NCBI RefSeq assembly: GCF_004010195.1
Contig: NC_057719.1
Span: forward strand, 6,358,561 to 6,422,560
DNA length: 64,000 nt
From: Chiloscyllium plagiosum
Lineage: Eukaryota
Reading direction: 5' to 3'
The notes below the pieces were generated by a model, which made no database searches, was not told the origin of the DNA, and saw nothing but the letters and a program-made list of their open reading frames with translations. The translations under genes and the position numbers were made by a program. This document shows, one piece after another, positions 39,510-53,103 of this stretch. Positions within the stretch are counted from its first letter, which is position 1. Each line of letters begins with the position of its first letter.

Positions 39510-39924
39510 ACATGGGGAATGCTGAGTCCCAGAGCGGCTGGAGGTGAAGCAACTTACCTTGTTGCTGCTGAGTGCCGTTGAGGAGTAGACTGGAGGCTGG
39601 TGTGATGCAGGACAGTTGTTGGACTGGGGCTGGGCTCCATGTGCTGAGCTGCTGCTGTTAGGCATTTTTTATCGGACTGTAATGTAAATCCTTCTCACAA
39701 TGTGATACCTAACTCATTCCTAACTCATTCTCAGAAACTGTAAGTAATAATCCTGCTTTCCTTTTAATTCTCTTTAATATAATAACACTATTTTTTCACT
39801 CTGTAAGATTTGTACCTAGATACTTGTACCTAAGATGGCACAATTAAACGGCAGCCATTGTAAAATCTTTTCACTGTACTTCTGTACTGGAATACGTGAC
39901 AATAAAGGATATTCATTCATTCAC

Positions 39925-41230
39925 CTGAGAACTCGGTGGGAAGCTAGAGAAGTGATTGCTGGGCCTCTTGCTGAGATATTTGTATCATCGATAGTCACAG
40001 GTGAGGTGCCGGAAGACTGGAGGTTGGCAAACGTGGTGCCACTGTTAAGAAGGGCGGTAAAGACAAGCCAGGGAACTATAGACCAGTGAGCCTGACCTCG
40101 GTGGTGGGCAAGTTGTTGGAGGAAATCCTGAGGGACTGGATGGACATGTATTTGGAAAGGCAAGAACTGATTCGGGATAGTCAACATGGCTTTGTGCGGG
40201 GGAAATCATNNNNNNNNNNNNNNNNNNNNNNNNNNNNNNNNNNNNNNNNNNNNNNNNNNNNNNNNNNNNNNNNNNNNNNNNNNNNNNNNNNNNNNNNNNN
40301 NNNNNNNNNNNNNNNNNNNNNNNNNNNNNNNNNNNNNNNNNNNNNNNNNNNNNNNNNNNNNNNNNNNNNNNNNNNNNNNNNNNNNNNNNNNNNNNNNNNN
40401 NNNNNNNNNNNNNNNNNNNNNNNNNNNNNNNNNNNNNNNNNNNNNNNNNNNNNNNNNNNNNNNNNNNNNNNNNNNNNNNNNNNNNNNNNNNNNNNNNNNN
40501 NNNNNNNNNNNNNNNNNNNNNNNNNNNNNNNNNNNNNNNNNNNNNNNNNNNNNNNNNNNNNNNNNNNNNNNNNNNNNNNNNNNNNNNNNNNNNNNNNNNN
40601 NNNNNNNNNNNNNNNNNNNNNNNNNNNNNNNNNNNNNNNNNNNNNNNNNNNNNNNNNNNNNNNNNNNNNNNNNNNNNNNNNNNNNNNNNNNNNNNNNNNN
40701 NNNNNNNNNNNNNNNNNNNNNNNNNNNNNNNNNNNNNNNNNNNNNNNNNNNNNNNNNNNNNNNNNNNNNNNNNNNNNNNNNNNNNNNNNNNNNNNNNNNN
40801 NNNNNNNNNNNNNNNNNNNNNNNNNNNNNNNNNNNNNNNNNNNNNNNNNNNNNNNNNNNNNNNNNNNNNNNNNNNNNNNNNNNNNNNNNNNNNNNNNNNN
40901 NNNNNNNNNNNNNNNNNNNNNNNNNNNNNNNNNNNNNNNNNNNNNNNNNNNNNNNNNNNNNNNNNNNNNNNNNNNNNNNNNNNNNNNNNNNNNNNNNNNN
41001 NNNNNNNNNNNNNNNNNNNNNNNNNNNNNNNNNNNNNNNNNNNTGTAGTGGCTGGTACAATTACAACATTTAAAAGGCATTTGGATGGGTATATGAATAG
41101 GAAGGGTTTGGAGGGCTATGGGCTGGGTGCTGGCAGGTGGAACTAGATTGGGTTGGGATATCTGGTCGGCATGGATGGATTGGACCGAAGGGTCTGTTTC
41201 CATGCTGTGCATCTCTATGACTATGACTCT
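39925..41230 (+). mobile_element. CR1 LINE 3' part spanning an N-gap
   Basis: EDWRLANVVPL, SLTSVVGKLLE, QHGF; tail tctatgactatgactcta. Confidence 0.88.
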
Positions 41231-41264
41231 ATGTATCTTTATATGTACATTTGAGCACACTTTT

Positions 41265-41390
41265 GTGTGTGCAAGTCTCTGTGTTTATGTGAGTGTGTGT
41301 GTCGACGTGAGTGTGAGTTGTTTGTGTCTGTGTGTGTGTATTTGTATGTGTATGTGTGCCTACATGAATGTGAGTCATGTGTGTATGTGT
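41265..41390. repeat. Degenerate (TG)n-rich microsatellite
   Basis: Direct inspection. Confidence 0.8.
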
Positions 41391-41879
41391 ACAAGCAAAC
41401 ATTTCCCTTGAATCGGGAGGTCCTGTTTGAGCAGCATGGCTGTTTAAAATGGATGTGGATTCACAGTAAACAAGATCTAATTGGGAAATCACAGGCCCCA
41501 AGTCTCCCTGGAAGATTCAGACATGGAGCTGTTCCCCACAATTCCTTGGGGCATGCCCCAACTGCTCCTCCAAAAGTGATTGTCAAGGGCATTTAGGATT
41601 GTCCCAATGAGGGGAGAGTCATTGCTGAGGAGGGGGAGGAGAGGATTTCACATGACTCTCCATACAGATTTCCAACATCTTCATCACCCCACCCCCTGAC
41701 CCAACCCCAATATTGTGCAGGGTTAGAAGGGTGGGTCTGGGTGGACTCAATGGGCCAAATGGGCAGTTTCCAAGCTGTTGGAAGTCTATTCTATGATTCT
41801 AAGACTCTACACTGTTTGTTACCTCCCCCTTACACAACGGACACAGACAGACAGACAAACATAAACGGGGGATAAAAGA

Positions 41880-44800
41880 AACATGAGTGGTAGAAAATCT
41901 GGAAAAATAGTTCAGTTGTCTTTATTCACAAGATCAGTTCTGTTGGCTCTTGCTGATTTGAAGCTTTCTCCTTCACCTTACATTTTGAATTGGAGCACAC
42001 ATGGAGGTTTCAAACCAGTCCCATTACATTGGGGTGGATTAAAGAGTGGAGAAAGTGAGGTCTGCAGATGCTGGAGATCAGAGCTGAAAATGTGTTGCTG
42101 GAAGCTGTTGGAAGTCTATTCTATGATTCTAAGACTCTACACTGTTTGTAAGCTCCCCCTTACACAACGGACACAGACAGACAGACAAACATAAACAGGG
42201 GATAAAAGAAACATGAGTGGTAGAAAATCTGGAAAAATAGTTCAGTTGTCTTTATTCACAAGATCAGTTCTGTTGGCTCTTGCTGATTTGAAGTTTTCTC
42301 CTTCACCTTACATTTTGAATTGGAGCACACGTGGAGGTTTCAAACCAGTCCCATTACATTGGGGTGGATTAAAGAGTGACCTGGTAAAAGGAGAAGTTAT
42401 TGTGGGAGCAGTGAAACAAATTCCTCCAGAAGGAATCGCCATTATTTGGGGAAATGACCCGGCAGGTTCAAGAATATTGGCTTCATCAAGAGTGGTAGAA
42501 GGAGCAGTGAAGGTTAAAGAAACTGAAGAGTTGCGGGAGAACCATCCTGGGCTGTTCCCTGACCACGTTGTGACTAGATCTCAGGTCCATAAAATTAGAC
42601 AGGAAGCAAAGGTGTCTATGAAACTGGGAATTGTTAACGTGTACATTTCTAAAATAAATAAGTAAATAAGATGGAGGTAAAGACAATGAGGTGGATGCGT
42701 TTAGTACATCTTCTTTAACGGATATATGACAAATTCAGAATTGAGAAAGTAATACCGAACAGCCTATTCAGACATTGAATCAGAAATAATACCTGAGTGT
42801 CATTATTTGAAAAACAAAACCTTATTGAGGACCTAGAGACCACATCAAATATCAGCCATGAAGAATGGACAGTTAGGAGGTAGTTCCATCTTAGAATTGC
42901 CCGTAGTGTTAGGTGTAGGGGTATGGGTGGGTTGCGCTTCGGCTGGTCAGTGTGGACTTGTTGGGCCGAAGGGCCTGTTTCCATACTGTAATGTAATGTA
43001 AATGACCTAGAGACCACATCAAATATCAGCCATGAAGAATGGACAGTTAGGAGGTAGTTCCATCTTAGTATTGTCATTAGATTTTATGAGGAACTCACAA
43101 TTCCAATGGCAGGTGAACAAAACACAAGCTAAAAATATTCAAATCCATTATTGGCCATAACTACAGGAGTGTAGTTAAATTTTGCGAGAATGCCATAATA
43201 TCAGATATTGGGTAAATGCTGAACCATTAACGAAATCTGCACCTTTTAATTCCAATACCACCTTATGAAGAAACATTTAGGAGGGTCTTAACAAATTGTG
43301 TAGAACCTTCGCCCCACCGTGACCAGCTAAAACCAGGAATGGGACCTGATATTTTTTAAACAACCTTGATGCTTTCATGAGATTCTCACAGCATTGCCTT
43401 TAGGAAAAAAATACTACAATAAATGATAGTGGAAAATTGTTTCTTTTTTTTACAAGATATAGATTACCCTAAGAAATACAATCAGAATGTTCAGCACCAT
43501 TCACGACTCCTCAGAAACTGAAGCAGTCTGTGTCCAAATGCAACAAGACCTGGACAATATCCACATTTGGACTCACAAGTGTCAAGAATGACCATCACCA
43601 ATAAGAGACAACCGAACCTCTGTCTCTTAACATTCGATGGCGTTACCATCACTGAATCCCCCACTGTCAACATCCTGGAAGCTATCATTCATTAGAGACT
43701 CAACTGGACTCACCACAGATCGGAGAAGTGCTAAATTAATATTTCTCATCAGTTTTCACGCAGGAAAAAGAGAATATTGTGGAGGAGAAGAATGAGATAC
43801 AAGATATTAGACTAGAAAGGATCGAGGTTAGTAAGGAAGAGGTGTTATCAATTCTAGAAGGAGTGAAAGTAGACAAGTCCCCTGGACTGGATGGGATTTA
43901 TCCGAGGATTCTTTGGGAAGCTAGGGACGAGATGCCTTTGGCTTTGAGTTGTCATTGTCTACAGGTTTAATACCAGAGGACTGGAGGATTGCAAATGTTG
44001 TGCCCTTGTTCACGAAGGGCAGTAGAGATTACCCAGGTAATTACAGACCAATGAGCCTTACATCTGTTGTGGGAAAAGGTTTGGAAAGGATTATAAGATT
44101 TAGGATTTATAATCATCTAGCAAACAATAATTTGATTGGAGATAGTCAACATGGTTTCGTCAAGAGCAGGTCATGTCTCACAAACCTCATTGAGTTTTTT
44201 TGAGAAGGTGACCAAACATGTGAATGAGGGTAGGGCAGTTGACGTGGTGTACATAGACATCAGTAAAGTCTTTGATAAGGTTCCACATGATAGGCTGTTG
44301 GAGAAAATGCAGAGGCATCGGATTGAGGGTGATTTAGCAGTTTGGATTAGAAACTGGCTTTCTATAAGAAGACAGCGAGTGGTGGTTGATGGAAAATATT
44401 CAGCCTGGTGTCCAGTTACTGGTGTGTGTGCCACAAGGATCTGTTTCGGGACCATTGCTGTTTGTCATTTTTATAAATGACTCGGCCGCAGGCAGAGGTG
44501 GATGGGTTTGGAGATAGTCAACATGGTTTCGTCAAGGGCAGGTCATGTCTCACAAACCTCATTGAGTTTTTTTGAGAAGGTGACCAAACATGTGAATGAG
44601 GGTTGGGCAGTTGACGTGGTGTACATAGACATCAGTAAAGTCTTTGATAAGGTTCCACATATTAGGCTGTTGGAGAAAATGCAGAGGCATCGGATTGAGG
44701 GTGATTTAGCAGTTTGGATTAGAAACTGGCTTTCTGTAAGAAGACAGCGAGTGGTGGTTGATGGAAAATATTCAGCCTGGTGTCCAGTTACTGGTGTGTG

Positions 44801-46680
44801 TGCCACAAGGATCTGTTTCGGGACTATTGCTGTTTGTCATTTTTATAAATGACTTGGCCGCAGGCAGAGGTGGATGGGTTAGTAGGTTTGCAGATGACAC
44901 TAAAATCGGTGGAATGGTGGACAGTGTGGAAGAATGTTACAGGTTGCAGGGGGACTTGGATAAACTGCAGAATTGGGCTGAGAGGCGTCAAATGGAGTTC
45001 AATGCTGATAAGTGTGAGGTGATTCACTTTGGGAAGAATAACAGGAAGGCAGAATACTGGGTCAATGGAAAGATTCTTGGTAGTGTGGATGTGCAGAGGG
45101 ATCTTGGTGTCCATGTACAAAGATCCCTGAAAGTTGCCACCCAGGTTGATAGTGCTGTTAGAAGGCATATGGTGTGTTGGTTTTATTGGTAGAGGGATTG
45201 AGTTCCGGAGCCATAATGTCATACTGCAACGATACAAAACACTAGTGTGGCCTCACTTGGAATATTGTGTACAGTTCTGGTCGCCCCATTACAGGGAAGA
45301 TGTGGAAGCATTGGAAAAGGTGCAGAGGAGATTTACCAGATGTTGCCTGTTCTGGAGCGAAGGTCTTCTGAGGAAAGGCTGAGGGATTTGGGTCTGTTCT
45401 CATTGGAGAGAAGAAGACAAAGGGGGGATTTGATAGAGACATACAAGATAATCGGAGGATTAGATAGGGTGGACAGTGAGAGTCTTTTTCTTGGGATGAT
45501 GACATCAGCTTGTATGAGGGGGCATAGCTACAAATTGAGAGGTGATAGATTTATGACACTTGTCAGAGGCAGGTTTTTTACTCAGAGAGTGGTAAGGGTG
45601 TGGAATGCCCTGCCTGCCAATGTAATTAACTCAACTACATTAGTGAGATTTAAACAATCCTTGGATAAGCACATGGATGATGATGGGATAGTGTAGGGCG
45701 ATGGGTTTAGATTAGTTCACAAGTCGGCACAACATCGAGGGCCGAAGGGCCTGTTCTGTGCTGTATTGTTCTGTGTTCTATGTTCTAGATGGACTTTATC
45801 AATGCAAAGTCATGCCATATAGAATGAAAAATGTGGCAGTAACATTTCAAAGATTAACTAACAAGAGTTTTAAGATTAATAGAGTGATTGATGGTTTGGG
45901 TGACTATATCATTGACAGAGACAATTAGATTATTTTTAGCCAAACCTGGGAAGAATTTTTACACCATTTGACTGAACAGTTTAATTGGCTACAAAATGCT
46001 AAATTGATTTCAAATTTAGGTAAGCATAAATTTGCCACGGCCCAGGTGACTCATTCGCACCTTTCTGTGTGACAAGGCCAAATAGCACCTAGAGAAATGA
46101 ACATACAGGCTATTTGGATTTTGCTGTGTGTGGAATGAAATTTGATATTTCACATTATGTTTGCATGAGTGGATTCTATTGCAAACCTGTTCTGAACTTC
46201 AGTCCTTTTGTTGCACTTGTAACAAACACATTGAAAAAGGCAGAATATTCAAATAAATGCAGGACTGTCAAAGTGCCTTTGAAAACTCACAGGCTGTGCA
46301 GACTGCTGCACTGGTTTCAACCACACTGAATTACGCAAACTCATTCAAACTGGCGGCTGATGCCAGGAATATCATCAGGACAGGGTGCGGTTTGCAAGAT
46401 GATAAAATGGGGATTGAATGGTCTCTCAGTTATTTTTCAAACAAACTGACCACGTCACCAAAAATATTTAACTGTTGAAAAAGAGACATTGAGATATCAC
46501 CAATGATGTATCCAAAACGGATCCCTTTTTAAAATATGGACCACAACCCTTTTATTTTAGAAACACATTTGGGAATTATTTCGATGGAGCTAAATTCTCC
46601 AACAGCATTATTTTAAAATTGTTCAAGAGCCTTGAAAAGAGATTGTCATTGCAACACTTTGCTGAGCGCACATTGAAAAA
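41880..46680 (+). mobile_element. Decayed Ty3/Gypsy LTR-retrotransposon internal region with PR-IN-RT-RH (Gmr1-like) order, interrupted by SINE and CR1 insertions
   Basis: VPLH..LKSDLVKGEVIVG...GND (PR-like, about 42330-42470); LIPIPPYEETFRRVLTNCVEP (IN, about 43240-43400); GLYQCKVMPYRMKNVAVTFQRL (RT, about 45790); FKLAADA...SYFSNKL (RNase H, about 46340-46490). Confidence 0.72.
43720..45786 (+). mobile_element. CR1 LINE 3' 2 kb with 372-bp internal tandem duplication
   Basis: DKSPGLDGIYPRIL, VPQGS, FADDTKI; unit 44136-44507 repeated at 44508-44879; tail (gttctat)n. Confidence 0.92.
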
Positions 46681-47554
46681 CATTGGGTTATGCAATTGGA
46701 TTTTTGGGTTTTGAAGTAGTGACATATGGGTTTCTCTGTATGCCCTAAGTAATTAATAATTTTAAAAAGTTAGTATTTCTGTAACCATAGTGATTTACAA
46801 AAAAATTGAGAGGTGGGGTTAGTTTTTAGAACTAATGGTGTTTGATTTAGCATAGGATGGTTTAGCAAGGCAAACAATTGAGTATCAAAGTTTTTGTTGG
46901 AAATTTCTGGAACTTTTATTAAGTTTAGAAGAGACAACCATAACATGGAGAGAGAGAGAGAAGGAAAGAGACCCTTTCAGTTTTGGGAAATTCTGTAGAG
47001 GTTTTCATGTGTAAAGTTGCACTGAGAGAGGAAGAGGATAGTTACATTTGTTCACATGAGATTAGCTAGGAGTAAACAGTGTGTGATGGTTTGGCTCAGT
47101 GATTAACACTGCTGCCTCACAGCAGCAGGGACATGGGTTTGATTCCAGCCTTGGGTGACTGTCTGTGTGGACTTTGCATGTTCTGTCTGTGTGGGTTTCC
47201 TCTAGATGTTCTAGTCCCCTGGTCCTAGATTTTGAAAGGATTCTGGGTAATCCAAGATGGAGCATGGGAAAAATTTCTAGCTGTAACAGCTGCTCCTTTT
47301 TTTTGAGATATTTTAGGTACTGGAGGTGATTTCCTCGAATTCCAGGAGCAGCATTTACTGTTTTACATGCTGTTGCATTGTTTTAGAACTTTGGGAAAAA
47401 AAATCAAAACAACAGCAAAGGAAGCACATGGTGAGGACAGTGCAGGAGAGAGAGATAGAGAGAGAGAGAGAAAAAGTTAGTGTTGACCCTCAACCTCAAC
47501 AGTTTCATGAGGCGGTTCATGAGACTGGTTGTAGAAATTAGGGGTTTGTCTTAT

Positions 47555-48078
47555 GAGCAGGTGAGACTAGATTGGGTTGGGATATCTGGTCGGCATGGAC
47601 AAGTTGGACCGAAGGGTCTGTTCCTGTGCTGTACATCTGTATGACTCAAAGCGTGAACAACCAGTTTAGGCCCATACTTTCTGGAGTTTAGAAGAATGTG
47701 AGGAGATCTAATTGAGGTACAAAAGATACTAAAGGAGATTGAGAAAGTAGAAATAGAAATGATATTTCTACATGTGGGACCATCTAGATCAATTGTTTTA
47801 GGATAGGGGTAGCAGATCGAAAACAGAGATACTTCTCTCAAACGGTCATGAACCTGTGGAATTCAGTAACCCAGAGAGTGGTGGATGCTAAGACGTTGAG
47901 TAAATTTAAGGAGGAGAGAGAGATTTTTAATGGGTTGAAGGGTGATGGGGGGGGGGGGGGGGGGGGGGGTCGGAAAGTGGAGCTGAGTCTGAGATGAGCT
48001 CGGCCGCGATCACATCAAAAGGCAGATAAGGATCAAAGGTCTGAGTTGCCTCTTTCTGCTCCTAATTCTTATGTTCTA
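47555..48078 (+). mobile_element. CR1 tail fragments with poly-G run (47947-47969)
   Basis: HER1-type tail at 47560-47646, then a decayed CR1 3' end (ctaattcttatgttct). Confidence 0.6.
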
Positions 48079-50784
48079 AATGATAGCCACAGACTGGAAG
48101 TATTTTGATAAAACACTGAAGAGGTTATTTGAAACTAAGAATATTTCAGCTCAAGTGTATGATAGCTCCAGGAAGAAACTATCAGAATTTCCCAACAGGG
48201 AGTTGAAATCAAATGAAATCCATTAAGCTGGAGGGAAAGCAGATTTCTGGTAAGGGGACAAGGGGAGCTTTAGAATATCATGCAGGGCTGTTTTAAGATC
48301 AGTAAAGGTGTGTTTTCTTGAGATTAATGGAAATACATTTCGCTCTGTGTTTCAACTTTTTAAAATTTGGGATATAAGTAAATATCTGGGCTTTTTTATT
48401 TTAAAATTTCCTTTTTCCCACACGACCGCCTAACTGTGGTAGTGCTTATATTTTCCCCAGCACCCATGATGTGTGTGTGCAGGTGTAAGACACAGTGAGA
48501 GACAACAGATGTACAATTCGTTATTCATTTCCCACCACCAGGAAGAAAGGAAACACCCAAATGGCCAGTGACAAGCAGCGCCTTTCTCGACAAAAGGCAA
48601 TGCTGCGTGATCAAAAAAGTGGAGGGCAGGGATTAAATCAAAATAGAGCTGGAAAGGGAAATAAAAGAAAATATCTGGTTTACTCTGTTTAACCTTCATT
48701 CCTTTTGCTAAATAAACCTCTGTTAAAAACAAATCTGCAATATTGTGTTCTTATGTTTCAATGAAGAACATTTCATTAAAACCAAAACAAAAAAATACAA
48801 GATATGAGCTTTGAAGCCAGATTTCCGTCTGGGATCTGAAGTGTGTAGTGATAACATCAGCTGGCATCACAACCGATTTCTAAGGTTTTCAGTAAGGATA
48901 AAGGCAGGCATGCAAAGCCCCAAAGGGAAGTTATCTGAAAGTGTGAATGGTAGGACAAAGTAAATGATGGTGCAAGGCACAACTATGATGTGTGTAGGGG
49001 GGGGTTGGATGAATGATGTGTGTGGGGAGGGGGGTGAATGATAACACCAGCATCATTACCAGAGCCTGCTGTCTGAAAGAATGCAAGCAGTGATCATGAA
49101 TGGAAATTGTTGAACTTGTTTATTGAGTCTGGAACATGTAAATTAACTCTCCCTGAATGATGACAATGTGATAGGTTCCTTTACACTTGCCCAATCTTCC
49201 AGTGTCGCTGGAAAAAGTAGACGGTCTCTGATTCAACATGACGTGTCAGATAACTATCACCAGCTCTGATTCTGATTCTAGCCTCATGCAGTTAACATAA
49301 CGACAATGCCCCAGTGATAATAACAATGTGAGATGGTGATTCACAGGGTCATTTCACCCTCCAACAAACATCTGCCTTGAGATTCCCGCAACCCCTGTGC
49401 AGGTATTACAAACTGCCAATGCAAAAACAATATCCCTTACCCACAGACACGTGAATAAAAACAGAAGTAATCATCACAAACAATATGGCATTTAAATTGT
49501 GCACCATTGAGCAGCTTCCTCAGTTCGGTTCCTTCGCTGCTGCTACTGATGCAGGAAAGCTGCAGTCTTTCTGAAGAACAACTAATGTAGGGTCATGTGA
49601 ACAGGAGGAGGCCATTCAGCCCCTTGAATCTGTTCTACCATTCAATTAAGTCATAGCTGATCTGTAGCTTATCTCAATCTACTAATCCATCAAACATTGC
49701 TTTGAGACTTTTAATTGGACTTCAACCTCAACAGAAGATTCTCTCTCTTGATCCTAGAAGTGTTTAAAATAATCTGAAACACCTCTTACTCTTGTATGCT
49801 CAGGGGAATGCAGGCATAGTCTGTGAAACCTGCCCATGTAATGTGACCCTTTCTAAGGCCACAGTATTGTCCTGCACAGTGAACCTGCACTGGGCTGCAG
49901 TCCCTCCCAAGGCCAAACCATCTTCCCTGTGCTTGGTCCCCACAACTGAACAGAATATTCCAAATGGAGTCTAACCAGCGCTTTATATTCATAGCACACA
50001 GAACACACAACATCTCAGCCCACCGTGTCTGTGCCGATCATGTTGCCATTCTATACTACCTGCACATGGTCCCTCTATTCTCTGCCTGTCCATATGTCTG
50101 TCCAAATGCCTCTCAAGTATTGCTAGTTTTACCATCTCCCCTGGCAGTGTGTTCCAGGCACCTACCACCCTCTGAGTAAAATACTTTCCCTCACACATCT
50201 CCTTTAAAACTTTTCCCCTCTCAGCTTAAACCTATGCTCCCTTGTATTTGACTCTTACACCTTGGGGAAAAAGACTCCCACTACCCAACCTATCCACACC
50301 TCACATTATTTGATATCCTTCCACCAGGTCACCCCTCAGCTCTCGCAGAAACAATCCCAGTTAGTCCAACCTTTCTGTACAGCTAATACACTCCAATCCA
50401 GGCAGCATCCAGGTGAACCTCTTCTGAACCCTCTCCAAAGCCTCCACATCCTTCCTACAGCTTGGTGACCAGAACTGTGCACAGTATTCCAAATATAGCC
50501 TCGGTAAAATTTTATACAGCTGCATCATGACTTGCCAACCTTTATATCCAATGCCCTGACTGATGAAGGCAAGCATTCAAACACCTTCTTTACCACACGA
50601 TCGACTTGTATGGCTACTTTCAGGGACTGCACCCCAAGATCCTTCTGGATATCAATGCTTCTAAGAGTCTGACCATTTCCTGCATTCTACCTCCCAAACT
50701 GCATCACCTCACACTTACCTAGATTGAACGCCATCTGCCATTTCTTCACCCAACCTTCCAATTGGTCTATATTCTGCTGTAACT

Positions 50785-51120
50785 GCACGGTGGCTCCAGC
50801 AGTTAGCACTGCTGCCTCATAGCACCAGGGTCCCAGGTTCAATCGCAGTCTCGGGCAACTGTCTGTGAGGAGTTTGCACATTCTCCCTGTGTCTGTGTGT
50901 AGTTTGCATGCTCTCCCCGTATCTGTGTGGGTTTCCTCCGGGTGCTCCGGTTTCCTCCCACAGTCCAAAGATGTGCAGGTCAGGTGAATTGGCCATGCTA
51001 AATTGCCCATAGTGTTAGGTGCATTAGTCGGGGGGAATGGGTCTGGGTGGGTTACTCTTCGGAGGGTTGGTGTGGACTTGTCGGGTTGAAGGGTCAGTTT
51101 CCACACTGTAGGGAATCTAG
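50785..51120 (+). mobile_element. HE1-like SINE with short internal duplication
   Basis: tRNA head and V core; gtctgtg...agtttgca...ctccc repeated. Confidence 0.88.
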
Positions 51121-51382
51121 TCTAGTCTCAAAAATCTCCACCAATTTTTGAGTCGTCTGCAAACTTTCTGATCACCCACTGACATATTTACATATATTAC
51201 AAACAGCAGAGGTTCCAGCACTGATCCTTGCAGGACACCACTGGTCACAGAGTTCCAGTCAGAAAAATACCCTCCACAACAACCCTCTGTCTCACTGTGA
51301 ATCTGATGTGACTTGATCGTCTGGACCAGCATACCATGAGGTACCTTGTCAAATGCTTTAATGAAGTCCATGTAGACAACAT

Positions 51383-51698
51383 GTAGGGCGGCCCGGTGGC
51401 ACAGTGGTTAGCACTGCTGCCTCACAGCGCCAGAGACCCGGGTTCAATTCCCGCCTCAGGCGACTGACTGTGTGGAGTTTGCACATTCTCCCCGTGTCTG
51501 CGTGGGTTTCCTCCGGGTGCTCCGGTTTCCTCCCACAGTCCAAAGATGTGCAGGGTCAGGTGAATTGGCCATACTAAATTGCCCATAGTGTTAGGTAAGG
51601 GGTAAATGTAGGGGTATGGGTGGGTTTCGCTTCGGCGGGTCGGTGTGGACTTGTTGGGCCGAAGGGCCTGTTTCCACACTGTAATCTAATCTAATCTA
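51383..51698 (+). mobile_element. Full-length, young-looking HE1-like SINE; 5-bp TSD
   Basis: gggcggcccggtggcacagtggttagc...ggttcaattcc (A/B boxes); (taatc)n tail; TSD aacat at 51378-51382 and 51699-51703; CpGs retained. Confidence 0.93.
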
Positions 51699-52402
51699 AA
51701 CATCCACTGCCCTACCCACGTTAATCATTTTCATTAATTCCTGAGAAACCTCAATCACATTTGTGAGACATGATCTCCTCTGTATAGAGCCATGCTGACT
51801 CTTCCCAATAAGACCACTCTTTACCAAATGTGAGTAAATCTTCTCCAATAATTTCCCTACAGTGATGTAAGGCTCATCAGACTATAATTTCCTGGATTGT
51901 CCTGTTGCCATTATTAAACGAAGAAAGAAAATTTCCTATCAGTCTTCCTATCAGACCTCACTGTGACCAGGATACAAAGATCTCAGTCAAGAACCCAGCA
52001 ATCTCCTCCTTTGCCTCCCTCAAAATCCTGGGACAGATCCCACAGGTCCTGTGGACGTATCTAACTGAATATCTTTCAAGACACCCAACGCCTCCTCCTT
52101 AATACCGACATGCCCCAAAATATCAATGTACCCCTCTCTAAAATTACTATCATCCTGCACTTCTCATTTGTGAATACCAGTGCGATATACTCATTAAGGA
52201 CCTCACCCAGTTTCTCTGGCTCCATGTATAAATTCCCTCTTTTGTCCTTGAGTGGACATCTCCTACCCTTAATTATATTTTTATTTTTAATATATGCCTT
52301 GGATTTTCCTTAATCCTACTTGCCAAGGAAATATCATGTCTGCTTTGAGCCATCCTAAGTCCTCGTTTAAGTTCTTCACTGCTTCCTTTATATTCCTTAG
52401 GG

Positions 52403-53103
52403 GTTTAGTGAGTTTTGAGAAGATTTGTAGCTCAGGTTGAGGTTTTAGATGTAAGTTTGCTTGCTGAGTTTGAAGGTTCATTTCCAGACATTTTGTTACC
52501 TTACTAGGTAACATCTTCAGTGGATCTCAGGCAAAGCACTGCTGAAAATTCCTACTTTCTATTTATATGTTTGGGGTTTCTTTGGTTGGTGATGTCATTT
52601 CCTGTGGTGATATTATTTCCTGTGGTGAAGTCACTTCCTGTTCCTTTTCTCAGGGAGTGGTAGATGGGGTCTAACTTGATGTGTTTGATGATAGAGTTCT
52701 GGTTGGAATGCCATGCTTCTAGGAGTCCTCGTGCATGTCTTTGTTTGGCTTGTCCTAGGATGGTTGTGTTGTCCCAGTCGAAGGGGTGTCCTTCCTCATC
52801 CGTATGTGAGGATACTAGTGAGAGAGGGTCATGTCTTTTTGTGGCTAATTGGTGTTCATGTATCCTGGTGGCTAGTTTTCTGCCTGTTTGTCCAATGTAG
52901 TGTTTGTTACAGTCCTTGCACGGTATTTTGAAAATGATATTAGTTTTGCTTGTTGTCTGTATAGGGTCTTTCAAGTTCATTAGCTGCTGTTTTTGGTGTG
53001 TTTGTTGGGTTTGTGAGCTACCATGATGCCAAGGGGTCTCAGTAGTCTGGCAGTTATTTCCGAGATGTCTTTGATGTAGGAGAGAGTGGCTCAGGTTTCT
53101 GGA
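52403..53103 (-). mobile_element. 5'-truncated Penelope-like element; 8-bp TSD
   Basis: ORF 52552..53142(-) NIIFKIPCKDCNKHYIGQTGRKLATRIHEH; TSD ccttaggg at 52395-52402 and 53104-53111; decayed hammerhead at 52483-52524. Confidence 0.88.

Noticed and set aside
16727..41260. Long ORFs of 197-479 aa in the ORF track
   Set aside because: Artefacts of translating through N-gaps
46800..48875. Possible 3' LTR of the Gypsy relic
   Set aside because: No matching 5' LTR or clear TG...CA boundaries could be established by eye
51386..51455. tRNA gene
   Set aside because: A/B-box head runs straight into the SINE core; many diverged copies; no full cloverleaf
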